Assembly (NCBI GenBank): GCA_000025185.1 | Contig: CP001848.1 | Coordinates: forward strand, 1,770,001-1,802,000 | DNA from: Pirellula staleyi DSM 6068 | GTDB lineage: Bacteria > Planctomycetota > Planctomycetia > Pirellulales > Pirellulaceae | Direction of reading: 5' to 3' | Length of the DNA stretch: 32,000 nucleotides | Shown here: positions 9,387 through 16,291 of the stretch, one piece after another | How positions within the stretch are numbered: the first letter of the stretch is position 1 | How the letters are laid out: each line of letters starts with the position of its first letter | Position numbers and translations under genes: made by a program | Notes under the pieces: model-generated | The model's input: only the letters and a program-made list of their open reading frames with translations | What the model was told of the DNA's origin: nothing | Database searches by the model: none

Positions 9387-10076
9387 CTACCAGGTGAAGA
9401 CGTGCCAAGCCCAAAGTCCCACTAGGCCGATGGCACTCGCCACGATCGCTTTGTATTCGCGATTGCGAGCCCACTGTGCGAGCGACCAACTGCCGCCCCG
9501 AACAGGATTCCAAGGTCGTGGAATGAAGCGTGGCGTGGCGGCGGCGTAGCTGTTCCAGTCGTGAGGATAGAGGTGCGACAGCAAGCGCTCTTCTTGCTTC
9601 ACTTGCACCCAGTAGATCCAGGCCATCGGCCCTGCGACGATCCAAATGGTATGCATGTCGTGTACGAGCGAGCAGAAGCCAAGCATCATCAGGAACGAAC
9701 CGACGTAGAGCGGGTTCCGCGTGATGCTGTAAGGGCCAATTTGTGTCAGGACGGCGTTCTTGTGCAAGGTTCCGGCCGACCAGCTTCGCAGAGCGAGTCC
9801 CAGGATGACCCCGACCCAGCCGCAAATGGTGCCGATGTCGGTGAAGTTCAGCAGGTTGCGTGGTCGGACGTCGAGCAGCAGCACGTCGATGGCCAAAATC
9901 GTGCTGAACAGCAGCAGACTGATGGCAATGCGTCTGCGGGTGACGAACAGATCGAAGCTTTCCCCAAGGCTCGGGGGAGCTGTCGTTTCGCGGAGGATCT
10001 GCGAGTGGGCAGTATCGGGCAATTTCGAGGATGCGGGTGCGCTGCGTGCCATCACAAGAGACTGTTCAGTCGACAT
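9387..10076 (-). CDS. Isoprenylcysteine carboxyl methyltransferase (ICMT/PEMT)-family membrane methyltransferase
   Basis: Multi-TM protein with the family C-terminal signature GPYSITRNPLYVGSFLMMLG...EERLL. ATG start at 10076. Confidence 0.8.
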   Translation of the reverse strand: MSTEQSLVMARSAPASSKLPDTAHSQILRETTAPPSLGESFDLFVTRRRIAISLLLFSTILAIDVLLLDVRPRNLLNFTDIGTICGWVGVILGLALRSWSAGTLHKNAVLTQIGPYSITRNPLYVGSFLMMLGFCSLVHDMHTIWIVAGPMAWIYWVQVKQEERLLSHLYPHDWNSYAAATPRFIPRPWNPVRGGSWSLAQWARNREYKAIVASAIGLVGLWAWHVFTW

Positions 10077-10379
10077 TTCGAGAAGACTCCTGCCCGTTGC
10101 AATCGATGTTGCCTTGCCAACTGGAAGCCGCCCGCCACCAGGTCCGTTTATTCCAGCAGTTCAAACTGCACGGCTTATATCGGCCTCAGCGATTCGGCAC
10201 AACGGCGAAGTTTGCGAAATCTCTGCCTAAGTCGTTTTCAGGACGCTAGTTGAGACCACGACTCGACAGATCAGGCTGGCTTTACTGGTCGTGGGGGGTA
10301 GGCAAGGGAGCTAGCTGCTAGCTGCTGCCAGCCCAAACAGGGCCTTGCGAGGGGCAAAATGCTAGCAAGTTGAGGCTTG

Positions 10380-10691
10380 CTACGTCTGTTTGGGAAGTTC
10401 GAGTTTGCAGCAACCCAGGTCGATGGTGCGGGCCCCAGCGGCGCTTGAAAAGACATCGGGATGGAGGCGGTTGATGGCAAAACGCCCCTGTTTTTCGGTC
10501 TCGACAATCCCTGCTTGCCGCAAGATACCCAGGTGATGCGAAACGTTGGCGAGTTCCATCTCGAGCGCTTCGGCCAGTTCGCTCACGTTTTGATGTCCCG
10601 CGCGAAGTCGTTCGACGATGCGCAGCCGATCGGGATCGGCAAGCGCTTTCAAACGCACGGCACACTCTTGAGGTTTGAGCGAGTCTTCCAT
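10380..10691 (-). CDS. ArsR/SmtB-family metalloregulatory transcription factor
   Basis: LKALADPDRLRIVERL followed by wHTH VSELAEALEMELANVSHHLGILRQAGIVETEKQGRFAINRL. The track ORF starts at the GTG at 10724; I prefer the ATG at 10691 (MEDSLKPQEC...). The start is uncertain between these two. Confidence 0.9.
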   Translation of the reverse strand: MEDSLKPQECAVRLKALADPDRLRIVERLRAGHQNVSELAEALEMELANVSHHLGILRQAGIVETEKQGRFAINRLHPDVFSSAAGARTIDLGCCKLELPKQT

Positions 10692-10932
10692 ACAGCGATC
10701 ACTAAACTCCAGGAGCCGACGCACGCCCCCTCAGCCGCCAGTCGAGGCGAAGGAGTTTTGCACACGAAAAATTGCCGCTCGAAACGCCCCTTGGCGGATA
10801 GAAACCATCCTGAAAAGCAGGAGTCGATCGAGCCTTACTTCAGTCTAGCGAAGTTGCCGCACCGACTAAACTAGACGAGCGCAGCAGCGCGACAAATTCC
10901 GCTGATTGAATCACATTCGCACAATCGTTAGA

Positions 10933-12132
10933 ATGTCGAGGCTTCGATGGTTTCTGGCCCTCTCCGGCCACAATCCGAAACTTGCGCTGACTGACTCACT
11001 CATTCTTGAAGGCGATCTACGCGTGAACGACTCGATTCGCTTTGTGATGCTCGGTGGATTTCTCGGAGCAGGCAAGACCACCACCATCGCTCGACTGGCC
11101 CGCCACTATCAATCGCAAGGGCTGAAGGTCGGCATCGTCACCAACGATCAGGCCACCGATCTAGTCGACACGCAAAGCCTGCGTTCCCAAGGTTTTGAAG
11201 TGGGAGAAGTTCCTGGCGCCTGCTTCTGCTGTAACTTCGTCAAGCTCACCGAAACGATTGGCGAGCTCTCAGCTGCCGATCGTCCCGACGTGATTCTGGC
11301 TGAACCAGTGGGAAGCTGCACCGACCTGGTCGCGACAGTCGTGCGTCCGCTGCAGCAGCTGTTTGGTGGCAAGTTTGATGTGGCTCCTTACGGCGTGCTC
11401 GTGAAGCCGAGCCACGGCAGCCGAATTCTGCGAGGCGAAGAGCAAAAAGGTTTCTCGCCGCAAGCAGCCTACATTTTCCGCAAGCAACTCGAGGAAGCTG
11501 ATTTCCTGGTGATCAACCGGGTCGATCAGCTGCCGCCAGCGGAGGTCGAAGCACTCACGGCGATCCTCAAGCAGCAATATCCGGGGACCCCTGTGCTGCG
11601 CATGAGCGCTAAAACTGGAGTGGGCTTCGAAGCCTTGGTGGAACTGTTTGACCAGAAGGGTGTGTTCGGCAAGCGGCTGATGGATGTCGACTACGATGTC
11701 TACGCCGAAGGGGAAGCCGAACTGGGTTGGCTCAACAGCAGCCTTGCCGTGTCGACCAGCGCGAGTGTGAACGTCGATCAGCTGCTGCTCGATTTGATTG
11801 GCGAGATCTCGGGGACGCTTGCACGTGTGCCTGCTGAAACGGCCCATCTCAAAGCGATTGCGATGGGAGAGGGAATATACGGGGTCGCGAATCTGGTGAG
11901 CAGCGATTCACCGGCCGAACTTTCGCTCCCGAGCGGCAGCACCACGGCGGCACTGGAAGTGATTGTGAATGCTCGTGTGGCGATCGATCCCGAAGAGCTG
12001 ACGCGTATCGTGCATGCCTCGGTTGAAGCCGTCGCGGCTCGTCACGGCGCGACAGTCCGTTTCAACCAAACGCAAAGTTTTCGCCCTGGTCGTCCCAATC
12101 CAACGCATCGGTTGCTCGAGCCCACCAAGTAG
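10933..12132 (+). CDS. G3E-family P-loop GTPase (CobW/COG0523-, UreG-like) with a non-canonical C-terminal domain
   Basis: Walker A GGFLGAGKTT; UreG-like VTNDQATDLVDT; CxCC motif GACFCC; Walker B-like DVILAEPVGSCTDL; NKxD variant INRVDQL. The track start at 10906 is a TTG. The ATG at 10933 or the GTG at 11023 (just before the P-loop) are more plausible, so the start is uncertain. Confidence 0.8.
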   Translation: MSRLRWFLALSGHNPKLALTDSLILEGDLRVNDSIRFVMLGGFLGAGKTTTIARLARHYQSQGLKVGIVTNDQATDLVDTQSLRSQGFEVGEVPGACFCCNFVKLTETIGELSAADRPDVILAEPVGSCTDLVATVVRPLQQLFGGKFDVAPYGVLVKPSHGSRILRGEEQKGFSPQAAYIFRKQLEEADFLVINRVDQLPPAEVEALTAILKQQYPGTPVLRMSAKTGVGFEALVELFDQKGVFGKRLMDVDYDVYAEGEAELGWLNSSLAVSTSASVNVDQLLLDLIGEISGTLARVPAETAHLKAIAMGEGIYGVANLVSSDSPAELSLPSGSTTAALEVIVNARVAIDPEELTRIVHASVEAVAARHGATVRFNQTQSFRPGRPNPTHRLLEPTK

Positions 12133-12142
12133 CGGCCAGCCC

Positions 12143-13024
12143 TTACGCTTCGTCGCGGCTGATCATCTTCAGCGACTTCACGATCTGTTCCGCCGAGGAT
12201 GGTCGTCCGGCGGCATCGGCCGTGATGCACTGCATGATCACCTTGGCGAGATCTTTATTCAGGTTCGGGCACTTCTCGAGAATCGGGGTCGGCGGTTTAC
12301 TGTCGTGCTGCAAAGCGCCGCGACCGGTGGTGTCCGAAGCGGGCCACGGGAAGTCGAACGAGCAAAGCTGATAGGCGGTGACGCCAAACGAAAAGATATC
12401 GACCCGCTGATCGGTGTTGCGGCGGCGCACAATTTCCGGGGCCATGTAGAGAGGCGTGCCGGTCCGATTGCCCGGCAGCATGTACTCCTTCTTCATCGGC
12501 AGCGTGAGCCCAAAGTCGATCAGCTTCAGCGTCGTTCCGTCGGCGGTGACAATAAAGTTGCGAGGGCAAATATCGCGGTGGATGAAGCCCGCTTTGTGCA
12601 CTGCTTCAATCGCCTCGGCCATTTGGCGGATGAGCAGATGGCGACGACCCTCGAGAATCGGCGAGTGGTTGTTGATCAGAATGTTGAGGCCTGTGCCTGG
12701 CACAAACTCCATCACGATGTACTGCCGGCCATCTTTGGCGGTACCGAATTCATACGTCTCGACGATCCGCGGATGCTTCATCAGCATCGCGATCTTCCCC
12801 TCGCTCGGTTTCTTCAGCGAACGGAAGCGTCCTTCGAAGACTTCGGTTTTTTCAGCATCGAGGATCTTCAGACCGACTGTCTTGCCGTTCTTGCGATCGA
12901 TCGCCTGGTGGAAGCTCGACATCGTGCCGTTGACAGCTTCACGCACCAGCTGAAACCGCTCCACGAGATCCACTTTCTGCGGTTGAAAGAGGTCCTGCAG
13001 TTTTTGGAAGAAGCTGATCGCCAT
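12143..13024 (-). CDS. Hanks-type Ser/Thr protein kinase, kinase domain only, atypical motifs
   Basis: VGLKIL (subdomain II Lys), HRDICPRNF catalytic loop, DFG, MAPE, DIFSFG. ATG start at 13024. Confidence 0.9.
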   Translation of the reverse strand: MAISFFQKLQDLFQPQKVDLVERFQLVREAVNGTMSSFHQAIDRKNGKTVGLKILDAEKTEVFEGRFRSLKKPSEGKIAMLMKHPRIVETYEFGTAKDGRQYIVMEFVPGTGLNILINNHSPILEGRRHLLIRQMAEAIEAVHKAGFIHRDICPRNFIVTADGTTLKLIDFGLTLPMKKEYMLPGNRTGTPLYMAPEIVRRRNTDQRVDIFSFGVTAYQLCSFDFPWPASDTTGRGALQHDSKPPTPILEKCPNLNKDLAKVIMQCITADAAGRPSSAEQIVKSLKMISRDEA

Positions 13025-13331
13025 GGAAGCTCGCTAAACGAGAGAAGTCTGCCGTCGCTGAAATTCCGAGAGGTGCGGATGCCACCATTGGCCGGTCCGC
13101 AGGTCCCACGCTTCAATCTTACTCTAGGGAGGCCAGCGAGGCGCTACAAGTTGCGACCGCCCCCCGAGCTTGCGCGTCGAATTCACGCTGCGATCACGCA
13201 ATCGCAACAAGAAGTGCTTGATCGCTTTGGGGTTATGTCGCAGCGCTACGAGCTAGCACACCCCGCCCAGCTGGGCTCTGGCGCAAGGCGGGTGGCTGAA
13301 CTAGAGCTCGAAACGGGGACTGCTGGCGACG

Positions 13332-14168
13332 TTATTTGCCGCAGTAGTCGATCGCGCGGGCGATTTCGGACTTCAGTTTCGAGCGGGGAACGATCCGGTC
13401 GACAAAGCCGTGCTCGAGCAGGAATTCGCTCGTTTGGAATCCCTTGGGGAGTTCCAGTCGAATCGTGGCCTTGATCGTGCGTGGGCCTGCAAACCCAATC
13501 AGGGCCCGCGGTTCGGCAAACACCAGATCGCCGAGCGAAGCGAAGCTCGCAGCGACACCACCCATCGTCGGATTAGTGAGGACCGAGATGAACAGCCCAC
13601 CAGCGCGGTCGTAGCGGGCCAGTGCTGCGGAAACCTTCGCCATTTGCATGAGCGAGAGAATGCCCTCGTGCATACGTGCGCCACCACCCGAAGCCGAGAT
13701 GATGATGAGCGGGAGATTTTCGGCTGTCGCTCGTTCGACAAGGCGGGTGAGTCGCTCTCCCACCACCGAGCCCATCGAGCCCATGATGAAGGCCGAGTCG
13801 GTAACACCCAAAGCAACGCGTCGAGCGCGAATCATGCCGCAGCCGGTGAGGACGGCGTCGGTCATGCCGGTTCGCTTTTGCTCCGCGATGAGTCGATCTT
13901 TGTAGGCCTTCTGATCGGCGAATTCGAGCGGATCAGCCGATCGCAGATGGCCATCCCACTCTTCAAAGGTCCCTTCGTCGAGCACTTGCTTCACACGATC
14001 GGGGCCCGAAACGTAGAAGTGATAGTCGCACTGCGGGCAGACGTTGAAATTCTTTTCCGACTCTTTGCGGAAGATCGAAGCTTTGCAGCCGGGACAACGA
14101 AACCAAAGTCCTTCGGGCACGCCCCGCTTGGGAGGCTTGGGCGAACTGGTTGGATTGGTGGTGCTCAT
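13332..14168 (-). CDS. accD: Acetyl-CoA carboxylase carboxyltransferase subunit beta
   Basis: N-terminal Zn ribbon CPGC...CPQC, then SGGARMHEG and the full carboxyltransferase pattern. Start moved from 14264 to the ATG at 14168 ([28 protein letters not shown]), giving a typical 278-aa length. Confidence 0.95.
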   Translation of the reverse strand: MSTTNPTSSPKPPKRGVPEGLWFRCPGCKASIFRKESEKNFNVCPQCDYHFYVSGPDRVKQVLDEGTFEEWDGHLRSADPLEFADQKAYKDRLIAEQKRTGMTDAVLTGCGMIRARRVALGVTDSAFIMGSMGSVVGERLTRLVERATAENLPLIIISASGGGARMHEGILSLMQMAKVSAALARYDRAGGLFISVLTNPTMGGVAASFASLGDLVFAEPRALIGFAGPRTIKATIRLELPKGFQTSEFLLEHGFVDRIVPRSKLKSEIARAIDYCGK

Positions 14169-14496
14169 CGGCGGCCTATTGGCTACTGAGTCAGCGAGAC
14201 CGTCCCCTTCGGTGGAGAGGAGGGGCGAAGCTCGCAGCGATTCGGACAATCTCGAAACGGACAAATCGGGGATCGAGCGCGAGGCGATCGACGCACCCCA
14301 GCTGCGTAAGGAGGCAAGCTGGGCACAATTCCCGAACCTTAGTGTAGCGTGAAGCCGGGGAATCTCGAAGGGCTATGTTACGGGGGTAACAAGTCGAGCA
14401 GCGCGGGGAACTTGCACCAGCTGGCGAGCCTGTTTTAGCCAGTGGGGAACATCGTCCCAGGCAGCAGGGGCCGCCTGGGAGCTAGTTCGCGGGAAA

Positions 14497-15078
14497 CTAC
14501 GTGGTCGCGGCGAGTCCTTCGGGGTGGACTTCAATCAGCTGCCAGCCACCCGCTTCGCATTCGGCCTTCCACAGGTCGCCCAGGTCGCAGTGCTTCAGTA
14601 CGCTGCGAACCAAGCTTGCGCAAGGTTCTGGTACGACAAGACCTACGACACCACGGCGATGCTTGCGGACGAGCCGCGTCATGGCGTTGCGAACGCGCAC
14701 CAGCGCATCGCCGACAGCTTCCCCTTGGGGTGGGCAAACCGTTTCGGGGTGCTCTTGGAGTTGGCGATAGACCTTGGGTTGGCTCTGGCGGACTTCGTCG
14801 ACCAGTTTGCCGTGCCAGAGACCGTGATCGAGGTTCTGGAGTTCATCGAGCGAGCGAACCCGCATCCGACGTGGTAGCGCCACCGCCGCAGCCGTTTGTT
14901 CGGCGGCCTGGCAGGGGGAGGTGTAGATGTAATCGATCGGGGTCTCACGCAGTTCTTCCACGATGCGGGCCACCTGATAGGTGCCGTTTTCGCTCAGCGG
15001 AATATCGAGCGTTCCCTTGATGCGACCTTGCTCGTCGAAGTCCGTAGACCCTGGACGAATCAAAACAATCCGTAACAT
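14497..15078 (-). CDS. Histidine phosphatase (phosphoglycerate mutase-like) superfamily homolog lacking the catalytic histidines
   Basis: Collinear with the PGM/SixA-type pattern: LIRPGSTDFDEQGRIKGTLDIPLSENG, YTSPCQAAEQTA, PPQGEAVGD. RHG is replaced by RPG and SHGG by PEPC. The gene starts 20 nt downstream of rpe. Confidence 0.8.
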   Translation of the reverse strand: MLRIVLIRPGSTDFDEQGRIKGTLDIPLSENGTYQVARIVEELRETPIDYIYTSPCQAAEQTAAAVALPRRMRVRSLDELQNLDHGLWHGKLVDEVRQSQPKVYRQLQEHPETVCPPQGEAVGDALVRVRNAMTRLVRKHRRGVVGLVVPEPCASLVRSVLKHCDLGDLWKAECEAGGWQLIEVHPEGLAATT

Positions 15079-15098
15079 ACTTTTCTAGTTATGACCTC

Positions 15099-15788
15099 TT
15101 AAACACCCTTGGCAAGCGCGGAGAGTTCACTCACCGCAGTGCCATAGTCGCTCTGGCCGAAAATGGCCGAGCCGACCACAAACAGAGTTGCTCCAGCAGA
15201 TGATGCGCGGGCGATGGTTTTGGTGTTGATGCCACCATCGACCTCGATCAGCAGGTTCTTCTGGGCCACTCGACGAACGTGAGCCATGCGCTCGAGAGCA
15301 ATCTCATGGAAGCTTTGGCCACCAAATCCCGCCTCGACACTCATCACGAGTGCCAGGTCGGCATAGGGGAGGGCCGCTTCAAATCGGGTCATCGGCGTAC
15401 TGGGATTAATGGCGATACCTGCTCCCATATCAAGGTCGCGGATCTGCCCCAGGATGGCCTGAGCATCTTCCACAGCTTCGATATGGACGGTCAGCACATC
15501 AGCGCCGGCACTGTGAAACTGGCGGAGATACTTCTCCGGCCGCTGAATCATCAAGTGCACATCGAGCGGCATGTCGGTGAGGCGTCGAAGCCCTTCGACG
15601 ATCGGCATGCCGTAGGTGAGATTGGGCACAAACACGCCGTCCATGACGTCCAAATGCAATGCCTTCACCCCCGCTTCTTCCAGTCGACGAACTTCGCGCT
15701 CCAAATTGCCGAAGTCGCACAGGAGAAGGGAGGGAAGCACTACCGGACCGGCGTGCTGCCATGTTTCGAGACACAAGCGTCGCGTCAT
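15099..15788 (-). CDS. rpe: Ribulose-phosphate 3-epimerase
   Basis: PSLLLCDF, LHLDVMDGVFVPNLTYG, DVHLM, MSVEAGFGGQSF, EVDGGI. Typical 229-aa length. Confidence 0.95.
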   Translation of the reverse strand: MTRRLCLETWQHAGPVVLPSLLLCDFGNLEREVRRLEEAGVKALHLDVMDGVFVPNLTYGMPIVEGLRRLTDMPLDVHLMIQRPEKYLRQFHSAGADVLTVHIEAVEDAQAILGQIRDLDMGAGIAINPSTPMTRFEAALPYADLALVMSVEAGFGGQSFHEIALERMAHVRRVAQKNLLIEVDGGINTKTIARASSAGATLFVVGSAIFGQSDYGTAVSELSALAKGV

Positions 15789-16123
15789 ACACTTTCAGGC
15801 GATGCTTCTGACGACCTGCGTGCGGCACTTGGCAAACCAAGTTTCGCGGCAGGCTTGGAAGCCCTCGCCCCTGAATGGTCGCGCCACGGAGTAAGGGAGC
15901 AATCTTGAGCTTTACGCCCCACTGCTCCCGCTCACCAGCAGCCCACTCAGCTGCCGAGGCGAAACCGATCCTTAAATTCTACTGTCCACCCAATCCATCG
16001 CCAGTATCTATCGCCACAGACAGCCACTTTTGGGTGGTGTAGTGTGCGAAGCTGGCACGTTAACGTGAACCGCTGAACTAGCGATATCTATAAGATGAGA
16101 AAAGACTTACATCAAATCGTCTA

Positions 16124-16172
16124 AGCGCCGCTTGCCACTCGCTCAAGCAGGTGGTCGCTGCGCTCTTTTTTT
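16124..16172 (+). terminator. Terminator-like GC-rich hairpin plus T7 tract, oriented for plus-strand transcription
   Basis: AGCGC (16124-16128) pairs with GCGCT (16160-16164), GC (16130-16131) with GC (16157-16158), and GCCAC (16134-16138) with GTGGT (16151-16155). The loop is 12 nt, followed by C and T7 (16166-16172). No plus-strand gene lies upstream. The stem is interrupted, so confidence is moderate. Confidence 0.4.
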
Positions 16173-16291
16173 GTGAACAACTGATAAAGACGTGATGCAG
16201 GATCGAGGATTTGGAGGTTCACGGGCCACCTTGGTGTGTGGTCCTATTAAGGTATTCGTCCTTTTAGTCGCGGTATTCCAATTCGACTCGA

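Noticed and set aside
10310-10323. Two adjacent GCTAGC palindromes (GCTAGCTGCTAGC) that looked like a micro-tandem repeat or operator
   Set aside because: It is only two 7-nt units. GCTAGC also occurs at several unrelated positions (1644, 1665, 10361, 13250, 18640, 21404), so I cannot claim specificity. It is mentioned only as context in the ArsR-ICMT finding.
12014-13474. 486-aa plus-strand ORF
   Set aside because: It is antisense to the Ser/Thr kinase gene and overlaps the accD 3' end. No recognisable motifs.
14456-14479. 7-bp hairpin CCCAGGC/GCCTGGG just downstream of the phosphatase-like gene, a possible terminator
   Set aside because: No U tract on either strand and a 10-nt loop. It is plausible as a U-tract-less terminator but not supportable from sequence alone, so it is not listed as a feature.
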